Shown: piece by piece, positions 1 to 13,649 of the stretch | Layout of the letters: each line of letters opens with the position of its first letter | How positions within the stretch are numbered: the stretch's first letter is position 1 | Assembly: GCF_036321535.1 (NCBI RefSeq) | Contig: NC_087436.1 | Coordinates: 49,664,001-49,728,000, forward strand | Origin: Camelus dromedarius | Lineage: Eukaryota | Length of the DNA: 64,000 nt | Direction: 5' to 3' | Position numbers and translations under genes: made by a program | Notes under the pieces: model-generated | What the model was told of the DNA's origin: nothing | Seen by the model: the letters and a program-made list of their open reading frames with translations, nothing else | Database searches by the model: none

Positions 1-44
1 AGGACAGGGAAGTGGGGTGCGTGCGTGGCCTGAAACATGTTGAC

Positions 45-166
45 TAGAGGTTAACTAGCCTTGCTGTGGTAATCATTTTGCAATATATACTAAATATCAA
101 ATCACTATGTTGTACACTTGAAACTAATATGATGTTACACGTCGAGTATACTTCAACTGAAAAAAG
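45..166 (+). mobile_element. L1 3'-end fragment
   Basis: gtggtaatcattttgcaatatatac...tgttgtacacttgaaactaatatgatgt...tatacttcaactgaaaaa is a typical L1 3'UTR terminus followed by an A-run. Confidence 0.75.
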
Positions 167-981
167 GACAATAAAACTCCACAGGACAAGGAGATGTGGT
201 ATTGTGCATTATCTGTATTGTATCTGGAAACAGACACATTTCTAATAGTCACTAAATTGCTGACACCAGTCTTTACCTAAGATGAAACAAATCCCAACTA
301 ACCATGCCCACATAAGACAACCCTTAGCAGTATTAGGGTGTTTGACCTGTAAATACTTGTGAGAAAGTCATACACAAATGTATTCTGCTCTTCTTCTGCT
401 ATTTCTCTGGTCTGACCTACCAAGGCGCTCTGAAGAGTTCGAGGGCTTAGGGAAAAGTCTGCTCTTCTAGATCTGTTCCCTCAGGAATGAGGGAATGATA
501 GAAACCCACAAGAAATATGTCCATTGTAAGAGCTAGGGGTAGAATCTAGGTTCAAGGACAGAACCTGGCAGAGTTTTGAAAGTGTGTTTGTTTTGTCCAT
601 TTTTTGTCTCAGTTAGTATACTCTTCCTGCACTTCAACACTTCTGGAACATTTTTTTCTCTACTTCATCCTATAATACAGTTTTGTTCCTAATAACTCTT
701 GAGGGAAGCTTTTCCCAACAGTGACTCCTGTGTAACCTACTCGTCTTGGGATGTGGGAGTTAAAGCTGAAGTCAAGAGGTCACATTTTTGCTGATTGCCC
801 TCATTAGACTGGGCTTACTTTTCTATAATGTTTCTTTTTGTTGAGGCAGAAGAGGTGGTGAGAACTTATTTTATTTTATTTTATTTTTGCAGGCTGGGAA
901 TGGCTATAAGGGCATTGGAGGTGCAAATGCAGACACCAGGTTGCCATAGCCGTCATCCTTGTCCTTTCTTCCCATTACAAG

Positions 982-1052
982 GAGACGCTTATAAAGAGAA
1001 GACAGGTAGTGATGCCGACTGAACCGCACCACAAGGAGAAGGCGGATGAAAG
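982..1052 (+). CDS. Candidate internal coding exon of an unidentified gene (ETLIKRRQVVMPTEPHHKEKADE+2 nt)
   Basis: Pyrimidine tract gtcctttcttcccattacaAG, strong donor AAG|GTAAGA at 1053, open phase 0 to 2, four CpGs in non-repetitive sequence. A stronger acceptor at 892 would make it noncoding. Peptide not recognised. Confidence 0.35.
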
Positions 1053-1529
1053 GTAAGAGAAATTACGATTACTTCCAACTGCACTTAACTGTCTTCCCTA
1101 GATGATGCTGAAAGTTGCCTTGATAATTTTGTTTACCACAACATCTCTATGAAGTATGACATGAATCAAAGATTTCATCTTTTCAGTAGGAATTACAGGA
1201 AACACATACTCTCCTGCCTTGAGCAATCTTAGGCATTTGTAGGAAAAATTTTTTTTTTCTTTAATCCAAGCAAAGTATCTTTGAGAAATATTATTTTACT
1301 TTTCCCTGAATTTCATTTTTTTTTCCTGAGCCTTGCCTTAAAATCCTGAAGCTAAGCCAACATCCAGATTTTGTCTCCTGAAACTCCCTCCTCTCCCTGA
1401 CCCACCACACACACCCCCAAATCCTTGGTCTGCAGTGACTCTCCCTTTTCCTCTCTCCTCTCTGTCGCCATCCTCACTGCCACTGCATGGACTGGTGACC
1501 CCTTAATCATCTTTTCAAAAGATGCTCAG

Positions 1530-1775
1530 ATACCTCTGTGAAACCTTCTTCTATCTGTTCCAGAAGAGTTAGTTGCCTCATTTGTGCTCCCAAAGTACCA
1601 TGGAAACCCTGCCATTACCATTTATCTAATTGCACTGTGGGTATCTGCTTACATCTGTTTCTCCCACTGGACTGTAACATCCTTCAGGGCATGACTGTGC
1701 CTTTGTCAACTTTGTATCACTGGTGTCCAACCTAGTACCTAGACACTCGATAATGTTTGATAAATGAATGAATCA
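1530..1775 (+). mobile_element. L2 3'-end fragment
   Basis: ctcccactggactgtaacatccttcagggcatgactgtg...aatgtttgataaatgaatgaat matches the L2 3' terminus with its TGAA tail. Confidence 0.75.
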
Positions 1776-2114
1776 AGAGCTGGATAAAAGAGAGGAAAGC
1801 AGAGAGTAGCATAAAAGAATTAGAGCTAGCATATAAAGGGCAGCATAAAAGGCTGTCTGCTGTCCTACTGTCCCTCCCCACACCCCCTGGGGGAGGTGGT
1901 AGGCAGTATCAACGTGGACAATGTGAGGCAGCTTTGAAGAGGAAGCTGGAACTGGTCAACAGGATGCAATAAAGCAAGTAAAATCACTGATCTGGTGGAC
2001 TGGCTAGGAGGTAGAGGTTGTCACGTACCTGTGTGATGAAGGACTGGGGATCTTGAAAGCACTGAGGTATGCCTGTAACTTGTAGATGCAGTGGTGATCT
2101 GCAGTATGTGACAA

Positions 2115-2320
2115 CAAGAATGATGAGTTACAATTTATGAACTACCTACCATGTGGCAGACGCCTACTGTGCTAGGCACTTTTCTCCATTATCAGCGATC
2201 ATCTCAGGATTCCTGTATTGTTTTCTCAATTTTATGTATAAAGAGTAAAAATAAAAACTGAAGAAGTTTAAGAACTACTTCAACTTAGGCCACACAACTC
2301 TTAAATGTTGGAACAATGCA
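2115..2320 (-). mobile_element. MIR SINE
   Basis: atttatgaactacctaccatgtggcagac...ctgtgctaggcact...aaaactgaag...aggccacacaact resembles antisense MIR. Confidence 0.6.
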
Positions 2321-3199
2321 ACCTGGTTCCATCAAATGAAACCAGAATCAACTTTTGCTGGAGACCCACCCCAGGAAACGTTCTTAGAAACCAATTAAAC
2401 CATCACTCCTGCAGCAGAGTGGAATTCCTCTGATGTGACCAAGTTAGTTCTAATTGTCCTGGGACTCCTCTGATTTGTTACTTTTTCCTTAAACATTTCT
2501 TAACAGTGTTTCATTAGAATTTTGGCCAAAGGCTTCATTTTGCCAGAATCCCCAAGCTTACAGCATTTTGAAAGCTCTAGCCTGCAGGAGCATAATATGA
2601 CATTCCTCCAGCATTTCACTTAAAATCCTGAGAAGGGAAAATGCCTCTTACCTCACGTTTTCTTCTTCTCGGCCAAGGTCTGTGTGAAAGTCTCTGCTGC
2701 CCGCTCCTCTCATTTCTACTCATTCTAGGACTGTCATGTCATTCTTCCCAGATCCACTCTCCCACTTCTTTGCTCCTAACCATTTTCTTTCCTTCCTCTG
2801 GTACCTCGTATCATGGTAAACAAAGCTCCCCACACCCTCTAGTCTCTTCATTGAAAGCTCCTTCCACTTCCTTCTTTATCTGAAGCTGGAATCTCCCTTA
2901 AGGACACACACCTTTCTCCTGCACCCATCTCTGGAGGCCAGCAGTTGATGGTCTCAGTCTGAAGAGTTACTGGTGATGGCTGCCCTGACTCATCAGTTCT
3001 CATCACCACAGCTGATCTGCCAGACCCAGGCTTTGCTTACAAACCTCTGTTCCTGCTGGCTAGTCTTTATTTTTCACTGTGACTTGTAAAGTCTTCCTTG
3101 AAGGCAGGAGCAGTTTTTGCGTATCTTTGGCTTCTCTACAGCAATTGGCAATTCTGTAGCTACTCGGCATTTTTGACAAATAATAAAAATAAGCCCAAA

Positions 3200-4520
3200 A
3201 TCTATCTTTATTGAGACACCGTTCTCTTCTACCACCTACTTCTGCTCATAACTGATCTGGTTTATTCTTGCTTTTTCAGATAGGTTTTTTTTTTTTTTTT
3301 TGCTAATTAATTTTAGCCTCATGCATTTGGAGCATTTAAGACTAAAATCTCCCTCAAATTTCTACTTGCATTGCATCTCTAAGTTTTCATATGAAGTACC
3401 TTCCTTATTATTCAGTTCCAAATTATCATTTCAGTTTAGATCAATTTGGTTTAGATCAATTACTTTTTAGAAGTGCTTTAAAAATTTTTTTTTAAATCTA
3501 TCTTTTAAAATATATCTTTGTTTTGTTTTGGAACAATTTCATTGTAGTCAGAGCAAATATTCTGTATGATACATATGCTTTGAAATTTAGTAGAGGATTA
3601 CCTAGTATTTGCCCCTCCCCTTCTTTTAGCATGTGGCTCATGTGTATCTGAGACAGATGGGAATTCTGTAGTTACCAGACCTAGGGTTCTATATAATTCC
3701 TCTCAATCAAGATTGCTGTGTTCTTTCGCTTCACCAAGTTTTTAGTCTGCGTTACCTACAAACAGTATGGAGAGGTGTATTGAAAATCTCCAACCCCCAC
3801 TATGATGGTGGGGATCGACTTCAGTCTGTAGTTCTGGTATGGTTTTGTTTTTAAGCTATTTTGTAAGGTGCTACAAGTTTTGAGTACATCAATCTTCTAT
3901 GTTGAAAGTTTTATCATTAAATCATTACCCATACCTTTTTTAGTTCTATGAATTCTTCCTTTGACACAAAATTAATATAGATACTCTTGTTTTATTTTAG
4001 TTGATATTTGCTTACTGTATCTTTGGCATCCTTTTACTTTCAGCCTTTTAACAGCTTATGTTTTAGGTGTGTCTTTTTGAAAACAACATAAGGCTGGATT
4101 TATTCTCCAAGCTGAAAATTCTTCTCTTTTTTGAAAGGAAGTCAGTTCCTTCAGCCATGGTTGCTGATATTTGACTTGTTTCTACGACTTATTTCGTGTT
4201 TCCTAATTGTCTCATTTGTCTATGCTTCTTTTTCTTGATTAATTGAGCTTTGTTTTCTCATTCCATTTTTCTGTTCTACTTCTTCAGAAGAATAAAATCT
4301 ATCTTTTATTCCTTTTGGAATTATTCTTGAAATTTTAACATTCATGCTTAACAAAGTTAATCAGTCTTAATCCACTTCTGAAGACCATTAGGACTTCAGA
4401 ACACTTTTGAGATCATCTCTCATCATTTATATGATATTGAGGTCCAGTATTTTTATCTTTCTCCTGTTTTAGAAAAATATTATAAACAACATATTTTAAT
4501 TTTTTTGTAATGTGGAATTG
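3200..4520 (-). mobile_element. Old L1 (L1M-type) fragment
   Basis: T-rich decayed antisense L1 motifs: ggagaggtgtattgaaaatctccaac, ccttttactttcagcc, ttttaggtgtgtctttttgaaaacaacata. Confidence 0.65.
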
Positions 4521-4609
4521 TCTAACTGATCACTCTGCTACCATTCTGGCATCCCTGAGGTCTATTCACAATAGAGTAGCCAAGGAATCCTTTGCCTTAA
4601 AAAAAAAAA

Positions 4610-7600
4610 AAAACCCAAACTTTACTTATATTAAAATTTATAATATGCATGTGGAAAAATATAGAGACCTCACATGTATCGCTTAATGAATTTTACAAAG
4701 TGAATAAATTCCTACAGCTATTGAGCTCAAGAACTGGAAGATTAGCAGCATCCCAGAGCACTCTTTGCTTCCCTTCCCAATCATGAGACCCATCCTTCTC
4801 CTTTATGGGAGCCACTATCCTGACCTGGGATACCATAAATTAGCTTGCCGAGTTTTGAATTTCATGTAAATGAAATCATGCAATGCATATTCTTTTGTGT
4901 TCAGCTTCTTTCACTCAACCTTACCCTTATGAGATTCATCCATTTTTAAAAAATACAACAGTAGTATGTTCAGTTCCATTACAGTGTAGTATTTCACTGT
5001 ATGGAACCAAATGTTCGTACCAAAATGTATCCATTCTGCTATTGACAGACGTTGGGATTTGTTTCCAACTTTTTACTATTTTAATGAACGTTACCAAGCA
5101 CATTATTGCGTATATCTTTTGGAGTGCATATGTATGCCTACCTGTAGGATATATCCCTAGAAGTGGAATTATTGTAAAATAATGTGTAACTTTTCACATT
5201 AGAGTTTCTTCTGGATATATGCCTAGGAATGGGATTACTGGATCAGTTTTTGAAGCAATCTCTATACTGTTTTCCATAATGGCTGCATCAAACTACATTT
5301 CCACAAACAGTGTAGGAGGGTTCCCTTTTCTCCAGCATTTATTGTTTGTGGACTTTTTAATGAAAGCCATTCTGATAGGTAATACCTTGTTATTTTGATT
5401 TGCGTTTCTCTAATAATTAGCAGTACTGAGCATTTTTCATGGGTATCACATAGTTTTAATTTGCATTTCCCTAACTGACTATCTCTTTATGTACTTATTT
5501 GCCATTCATATATTCTCTTGGGTGAAGTGCCTGTTTAGATCTTTTGCGAACTTGTTTTATTGGGTTGTTTATTACTGTTGTGTTTGGAGAATTTGTTTCA
5601 TAGTCTAAATACAAGTTTTTTGTCAGAAGTGTGATTTGCAAATGTTTTCTCCTTGTTTGTGATTTTTCTTTTCATTCTTTTAAGGGTGCATTTATCAGAC
5701 CAAAGATTTTAGTTTGATAAAGTTCAGTTTATCAATGTTTTCTTTTACAGATTATGGTTTTGGTGATGTGTCTAAAAGCTCTGTCAATAAACTCAAGGTC
5801 ATTCAGATCTTCTCTTATATTTTCTTCTAGAAGTTTTTAGTTTTATATCTACATTTAGGCTAAGGATCTGTTCTGATTAATTTTTTGTGTAAGGTCTGAG
5901 ATAATAGATTGCTTGTTGATATCCAATTATTCTAGCACCATTTATTGAAAAGACTAATCTTTCTCCATGAATTGCCTTTCCATATTTGTCACAAACCAGT
6001 TGACTATTTATGAGGGCCTATTTCTGGGCTCTCTGTTTTTTTCCATTGATCTATATGTCTGTCCTCACTGATACCAACCTTGTTGATTAATGTAACTTTA
6101 TAGTAAGTCCTAAAATTGGGTAGTGTGATTCCTAGAACTTAGTTCTTCTTTTCTAGAATTGTTTAGCTCTTCTAGTTCTTTAGAATCAACTAGTCAGTAT
6201 CTACAAAAAGTCTGCTACAATTTTCATTTGTATTGTAAGTCTATGGATTAAATTAAACAGAATTATCGTATTCAGTCTTCTAACACAGGAGCACAGTACA
6301 TTTCTCCATTTATTTGTCTATGATTTTTTCATCAGTGTTTATAATTTTTAGCATACAGACCTTGAGATTATGTTTTTAGATTTCTATCTAAAATTTCATT
6401 TTTTTCAGTGCTATTGTAAATGGTTTTATGAGAAATTTCAAATTCATTACAAGTGCACAGAAATAAAATTGATTTTGTATATTGATGTTTTATCTGCAAC
6501 TTTTCAAAAGTACTCATTTACTGGGAACTTTTCTATAGATTCTCTGAGAAGTTATCTACAAAGAGAGACAGATTTTATTTCATCTTTTCAAGCTGAATGT
6601 CTTTTGTTTCTTTTCCTTGCCTTATTGTACTAGCTAAGACTTCCAGTGTTCTGTTGAATAGGTGTAAAGAGAAAAGACATCCTTACATTGTTCCAGATCT
6701 TAAGAAGACTACATTAAATTTTTCATCATTATCTATTATGGTAACTTTTTTTTTTTTTCAAAATAGCCTTTTTCTGGTTAAGGATTTTCCCTCTATTCCT
6801 AGTTAGCTGAGACTTTTGTCACAAATGGATATTGAAATTTATTAAAAGTTGTCCCCCATGTATGAAGATAATCATGTGTATTTTCTTCTTTAGTCTGTTA
6901 ATATGGTGAGTTATGGTGTTTGATTTTTAAATATTGTACCAGGTATACATTTCTAGAAAAAGCACCCACTTGGTCATGTTGTATTATCCTTTGTGTATAT
7001 TATTGGATTTAATTTACTATTATGTTGTTAATTTTTTAGCTACTATTTATAAGGTTTGCTGGTCTATAGTTTTCCTGTAATGCCTATTTGGTTCTGGAAT
7101 TAGGGTATGCTTGCCTTACAAAATGAGTTGTGAGTTGTTATCTCCTCTTCTACTTTTTGAAAGAAACTGTACAGAATTTTTATTATTTGTTCCTTAAATG
7201 TTTAGTAGAATTCAATGGTGAAAGTCCATTCTGGATCTTGCTTAAAAAAATTAATTACAAATTCAGTAGAGAAAAATTATCTATTTCTTCTCAAGTAAGT
7301 TTTGGTAGTTTGTATCTTTAAAGAAATTGGCCCACTTTATCTATGTTTTTGAATGTGTACACATAGATTGTTTCTAGTATTCTTTTGCTTATAAGGTCTG
7401 TGGAGTTTGTAATGGTTTCACTTCTTTTATTTCTGATATTTGTAGTTTTTATTTCTTTCTCTCCCTCTCTCCCTCCTCTCCTCTCTGTTTTTTTTTTCTT
7501 TGTAAGTCTTGTTACAGGTTTATCAATTTTATTGATTTTTCACAGTATCAATTTTTGTTTTCATTGTTTTTTTCTATTTTTGTTTTTAATTTTATTAACT

Positions 7601-8045
7601 TCTACTATTATCTTTAACATATACTTCCTTCTGCTTAATTTGTGTTCAGCATGCTCTTCTTTTTCTACTTCTTAAGGGGGAAACTTAGATTATTGACTGA
7701 GAATTTTTACTCTTCTGATATAGCATTTTAATATTATAAATTTACTTGTAAGTATTACTTTAGCTGCGTCCTGCAAGTTTTCCTATGCTCTATTTTCATT
7801 TTCAGTCAGTTCAAAATGGTTTCCAATTTCTCTTGAGATTTCTTCTTTGGCCCACAGGTTACATAGAACTATATTGTTTAACTTCCAAATACTTGAGAAT
7901 TTTCTACATATATATATTTCTTGAATTAACTGCTTCTTTAATTCCATAATGATCTGGAAATATACTTTGTGTGAATTTTCAATGTGGAATTGAAAAGTGT
8001 ATGTATATACACATTTGTATCTATAATATAGTGCTATTGTTGGTA
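4610..8045 (-). mobile_element. Old L1 (3'UTR and ORF2 relic), with a younger L1 segment at 5183-5441
   Basis: Continuous antisense L1 homology from the 3'UTR (gcttaatgaattttacaaagtgaa) through ORF2 (ccaattattctagcaccatttattgaaaagact; cttgccttattgtactagctaagacttccag). Confidence 0.9.
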
Positions 8046-8099
8046 GATCGTTGAGGACTCTCAAGTTTCCATCACCAGACAATCTTCTAGTCTCATTCT

Positions 8100-8992
8100 T
8101 ATTCAAACTCCTGGCTGCAACTATCATATACATTTTGAAAACTCTAAAATCTGTGTCTGCATTATAGATATGTATTTTATGTCCAGGCTTTTGTGTGGAC
8201 TGAAATATTTGTTGTGCTTCTCTTGGAGGTCACAAAGGCTCTTCAAAATTAATAGGTCCCCAAATTATTTAAAACAAACCTACTCTTCCTATTTTGCTGA
8301 GTGATATTTTCATTGTCTACCCAGTTCCCTAATCCAGAAATATGCAGTTTATCCATGACTCCTTCCTTACTTATCTCTCATTCCAGTAGGTCACCCAATT
8401 CACCAATTTTCTCTTCATTTCCATATAAAGTCCGTCCTATTTCTTACCCAATTTTTTTTCAGTAGTATTCTAAGTTTTCCTTTGTCTCCAGATTCAAATG
8501 CCATCCAATTTAGTCTGCATAACAGTATTGCTCTATTTGAAAAATAAATTTTAAAATTGTCATTTCCCATCTCTCCTTACATTTTCTATGACTTTTACAT
8601 GCCTTACAGTTGTTAGAACATGTAAGCAAACACCTTAGCCTAGCACAGTAGGTTGCTTATAATCCAGCTCCTACCTACTTCATCTCAGTTTTATTACCAC
8701 TCTTGCATTCTTCTTCCATGTTAAACTTTGGCCACACTGAAAAACATCTGCCCTCATCTGAGGTAGTTTCATCTCATACCTTCCTTTTGCTCCATAAATT
8801 TATGTTTAATCACTTAATATACCACTGTAATTGTTTGCTATTTTGTCTATCTCCCCTATTAGATTATAAGATCTTTCAGTTTAGGGAATATAATTTTATC
8901 ATCTACACATCCCTTCCTTATACCCAGCACAGTGTCTGATTCATAATAAATACTTAATAAATCTTGCTTTGAATGAATGACTAAATGAATGA
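8100..8992 (+). mobile_element. L2 3' region
   Basis: Pyrimidine-rich L2 body ending ctcccctattagattataag...cccagcacagtgtctg...aataaatcttgctttgaatgaatga. Confidence 0.8.
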
Positions 8993-11224
8993 TTTATTGA
9001 ATACAAGAATAAGCACTTGAGCCAGGACCGGAAACCACATATCCTACTTCCAAGTAATACACTGACTTCATTTTTAGTATAACAATAGTTAGTAACTGCC
9101 GTACATACCATTTCAGTGAAAGATAGGTCTTATTTTGTAAATGGGTAAAATATTTGCTCTTTGATTTTACTTTTTTTCACCTTTTTGGCTATGGAAGCAA
9201 TTTTTCCAATGTCTTAAATATTCTGCAAAGATACTCAGGTCTAGTATTTTTAAAAGGGTATAACTAATAGCTAAATGTATTGCTTTCCAACTGCTCCCAC
9301 AGGAGCTTGGCTACCATTTTTATGGCATCTCACAGTCTCATGTTATCTTACTATAACATACTCCTATCCATTTTCTCTTCACTGACTGGAAGAGCTTAGT
9401 GCTATCTGGAACTCATGAGCTCCCTCCAGTTAATTTATTAATACATTATTAAATAAAAATTGTCCCAGTCCAAGTTAAATAACTAAAGTCTTTAATTAAT
9501 TATTCTTTATTTTTTAAATCTCAGCTAATTTCCAATCTGTGCAACAGTACCCTTAATGTTAGGGGCTTTGCCAAAAATACTTCGAATATTTAAACTACAT
9601 TAAATTCAAAGTTTTTCTCCTTATAAGAGAGCATAGTTTTGCTCTTAAACATCTTTAAGGCATTAGCCAAAACTAAAATCTCTTACAGACATTAAATTGA
9701 TGTGTCATGGTAAAGCTGTAGAATTTAACACGTAGATGAATTGGTTACTCAGGAAGTACAGTGAAGTGTGGTGCTTGGATATCCTATCAAGGAATTTAGA
9801 TATTGGGTTTTTAATATAAATACCTTGAAATCTTGCCTCTTTAGGTCTGTTCCAAGGATGGATTATTTTGGTTTGTAAAGCATCAAGGCAATTCACTGAG
9901 TGTAGAGGTTAGCACATGGTAAACTCTTAACAGATGCTAGCCTTTTTAACTAATCTTTTTTGTTCAAATTTACTTCCAGGAAGCTGTGAAAATGAATGCA
10001 TTAATTTCTCTCAACTCCTTAGTAATCCTCAAAAACAGTTAAAAGTAAGATTTTGCTGCTGCTTTGTTTCTTGTTAGTGATATATTTCTTGTGGTTATTG
10101 GATTATATTCTACTATAATCTAGATTGTGAATATCAAAGGATTATTTGGTCTCAAGAAAGGGCTCTTTCGGAAGTCTTGTTTGGGGCCTTCCTATTTATT
10201 TCTACCTCCAATTCAACATTTTTTGCATAAATTATAAGAAATATGAGAGTTTAACATTAACTATTATGATTTTATTTTTCCTTCCCCTCCCTTTTCTTAT
10301 TGAGAAGCTAGCTGCAGACATAATGCCCCCTTTCCTGAATAAGGAGGATAAATGGAATGATGTATTTTCATTCACAGTATATGGCATATTTCCTCTTAAG
10401 GATTAAGTTAATTTCCTCTTCAAAATGTCCCTCTCCACCATCTCATGGTCTTCCCCTAATTTCAGATGCTCATTCACAGAATAGGGCTATATTCTGCATG
10501 GGGTAATAAAAACGAAATGTAACAAAGATCGAAAATCAGATCTGGCATTTAGGAGACAGTTTTAATATGCCACAAATTCTCACATCCTAAGACCGCTGCA
10601 GAGTTAATAGACTTACTGTATGTCCTGTGGAGCCCTGGTACAGAAATAACTGATAAGGAAACAAATTAGCTAAAACATAGTTAAGACACCTCCTTTTGTA
10701 GCAATTGATTAAAATTTGGTTCACAGAGTATTATTTGTGACTGATGCAAAACAAGGAGTGGAACCAATTAAGGTCATTAAAGAGCCCAGAGAACTTTACT
10801 TCAAAAATCATGTTTACCATTGCTTTCAACTTAAAATAATTGTTTTCTGTTCACCTGAATTTTCCACTTCACTCACCCTATTCCTCGAACAGAAAACCTC
10901 AGAATGCTTTCTCATTATTAATCTTGTTTTGCTCTCTCTCCCTCCTACTCTGTGTCTCTATCCACTCTCCTCACTGCACCCGAAGCCCAGCAGATCTTTT
11001 TAGCATCAGCTTTATTTAATTATCAATTTAGCCCATTCTCTTAAGATGGTCATCTGCCAAGAAAACCATCATCTCCCCAGCCCTGCTTCTCTTTACCTAA
11101 GGGAATCACTTTCACAGATATTCTGCAACAATAGGATGACAAGTGATAGTCCTGGTTCTGACCCTTCAGACTGTATCCCCCACCTCTTCTCTTCACTCAG
11201 CATGCAATTCACGTGCTTTAGACG

Positions 11225-11365
11225 CTGTTAAAAGAACTGCGGTCCACTGGGACGAAGTAGCCTTACTGCCCTCTACAGAGGTCAGGGAACGCCCGATGTG
11301 CTTGCCAGTTCTGGTACCACTTTTTAAAAGGGACACTGTCAAACAAGAAGTAACCAGTGGAAGGT
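11225..11365 (+). mobile_element. CR1/L3 fragment
   Basis: ccagttctggtaccactttttaaaagggacactgtcaaacaagaagtaaccagtggaagg resembles the L3 ORF2 3' motif (cagttctgggcaccacattttaagagggacattgacaaactggag). Confidence 0.6.
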
Positions 11366-11402
11366 GTTCAGGTTATTCAGGAGTGTTAAAAAGATACCGG
11401 AA

Positions 11403-11575
11403 GAAGCATCAAGGATTTACTGTATAGCACAGGGAATTATATTCAATATCTTATAATAAACTATAATGGAAAAGAATTTTAAAAGAATGTAGATGTATAC
11501 ATATATATGTATTATAGAATCATTTTGCTGTACACTTGACACTAACACATTATTGTAAATCAACTATACTTTAAA
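11403..11575 (+). mobile_element. 5'-truncated L1 3' end (younger family)
   Basis: caaggatttactgtatagcacagggaattatattcaatatctt...tgctgtacacttgacactaacacattattgtaaatcaactatactt. Confidence 0.9.
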
Positions 11576-11609
11576 TATTGTATCTGCAGCATATTTATCT
11601 ACCATGTAA

Positions 11610-11852
11610 GAGCACAGTAGTTAACAGTGTGATCTTGGAGTCCCTCTGACTGTGTGAATTTCCAACTAAATTCTGTTGAGAAACATTGTGCTAGTTACTT
11701 AGACTCTTGATTTTAAATATTTTCATATACGAATTGGGGATGATAAGACTGCCCCCTCATTGTGTGTTTGGCTGAGTAAAACGTACGTATACTACTTCAC
11801 ACAGTGCTTGACATAGGCTAAATTTTCAAATATTAGCTATTAGTAGTAGTAA
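11610..11852 (+). mobile_element. MIR SINE
   Basis: agcacagtagttaacagtgtgatcttggagtc...aattggggatgataag...cacagtgcttgacatagg...attagctattagtagtag. Confidence 0.7.
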
Positions 11853-12604
11853 CAGTTTTAATGTTTTTACACACATGTGCAACTGTCAAACAGGTCCTTT
11901 TATATGAGAATAAGTCACTGCCAAGGTGAATTGAATAATGACCAAGATTTTAAGAATACTTTTAAAGTTGTTTAGTCCAGAAAAAGTGTATGCCATTTTT
12001 CAATGCTATCCTTCCTGACCTTACATGTTTATTTTGACAGATGATAAGTTTTCTGATAACTTCAGAGAGAAAGTAGGCGGGGTGGGGATTTGATAAGAGT
12101 ATTTCTATCTTTTAACCCTTATATAACTCAGGAATATTCTCATTCTAAGAGACCCTGGAATTGGAATTTATAGTAATGATAAACAACTGTACTCATATTG
12201 TATATATATTCTAAGCTGTTTCATTTGTATGTGTTGTTTTTATGGTAGAAAAAGGAAAAAATACATTGATGTTCAATGTGAAAGTGAGATAATTAAAAAA
12301 TACCAATAATTATGTAATCAACATTACTTAGCAAAAACAATGAAATCTACATGTTCTTATCTGCATTCATAAGAGCACATAGAAGTCAATACAACAGATA
12401 CATAATTATGCATACCTATAGTTACAATTCACCTTAAGTGTTAATTCTTCTTCTTTCATATGAATAATTAGAATTGGCTTTATTTGACATTTTTTAAAAG
12501 TATTTTTGAGAACTAGCATATTGCTAAGGAGTAAATACCTTTCATCTATGCTTTTTGATCCTGATTCAATGAAATTGTTTTTCTTTCTGTTTTCCTTTGT
12601 ACAG

Positions 12605-12641
12605 CATAGAAAACAGTCAGCCCACAGTTTGTACTTTATGA
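12605..12641 (+). CDS. Candidate terminal coding exon segment (S)IENSQPTVCTL* if joined to 982-1052
   Basis: Long pyrimidine tract tttttctttctgttttcctttgtacAG with upstream ctgat branch-like motif. Phase-2 junction reads 12 codons to TGA 12639-12641, then non-repetitive AT-rich sequence with AATAAA near 13473. Confidence 0.3.
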
Positions 12642-13649
12642 CTACCCGTAGCTCTTGTCAAATAGCAAAATTACAGTTCTGTCAAAACACATTAGCAACT
12701 GTGGACAATCTTTGGATGTTTATAGTTTCCATGCATATTCATGTTCTTAATATTATAAATATAATGATTGATTGAAAGGTACATTGGTTCAATCCTATTT
12801 AGTAAAGCTCTCTCCTTTTAAGAATAGCTCATTATTCAGTTTACCCTGTACATTGTATTTCTTTAGCATGGTATGTATGATTTCCTTAGCAAGGTAAATT
12901 TCCTCTGGCTTGTGAGAGAAGTAATTTGGAAAATGAACCAAATTATTTTCATTAGAAACTCAAGGAAACATGCTTGCAGGAATTTCAACAAATGCCCTGT
13001 TAGTTAAAAGAAAATGATGTGTGGGCTGAGTGTCTAAGCTCCTAATTTCTCTGCACATATTTATCATTAATTAATCTATAAATCTAGCTACTCATTTTCA
13101 CATCTGAGTGTATGTAGTGGTTATTGTTACAGAATCAGGTTTTCTCCAAACATACTCTTTTAGCACAAGGCAAATATAGTGTGTTTGCCTCTTTCATTCA
13201 ACTCTCAACATGTAAAGCTTAAGTCAAGTATGCATTTTCCAAAATTTAATGAAACCACCATCAAAATAGAATGTCAAGGTGCCAGCTGTCTCCTGTTTGG
13301 CTTTCTGGAGCTCTGTTTATTGATTAAGTGGCTTGCATCTCTGCAAGGCCACCACTCACTTTTCTAAGGCCTTGACCACAGACCATTCAATCGCTGGGCT
13401 GTTAAATTTTCAGCAGGCAGTGGCTATATGAATATTATCTACTAGAAGTCCAGTCTTCTGATATGAACCACAATAAATCAGTGGATAGTTACTTAACTCT
13501 TCCAGAACTCCTCCTAGGGGAAGCCATTCTTCTCTTCTCCAGAAGTCCTAGGAATGGCTGAAAAATGCTGCAGGGAGAGAAGAATATGCCTATGTATGGG
13601 CTATTTAAGCTTTGATTGAGTAGGAGTTTTGTGTTAAAGATACTCACAG

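Noticed and set aside
6370..7675. Hydrophobic F/L-rich ORFs resembling membrane proteins (also 16827, 26386, 53096)
   Set aside because: Artefact of T-rich antisense L1 sequence
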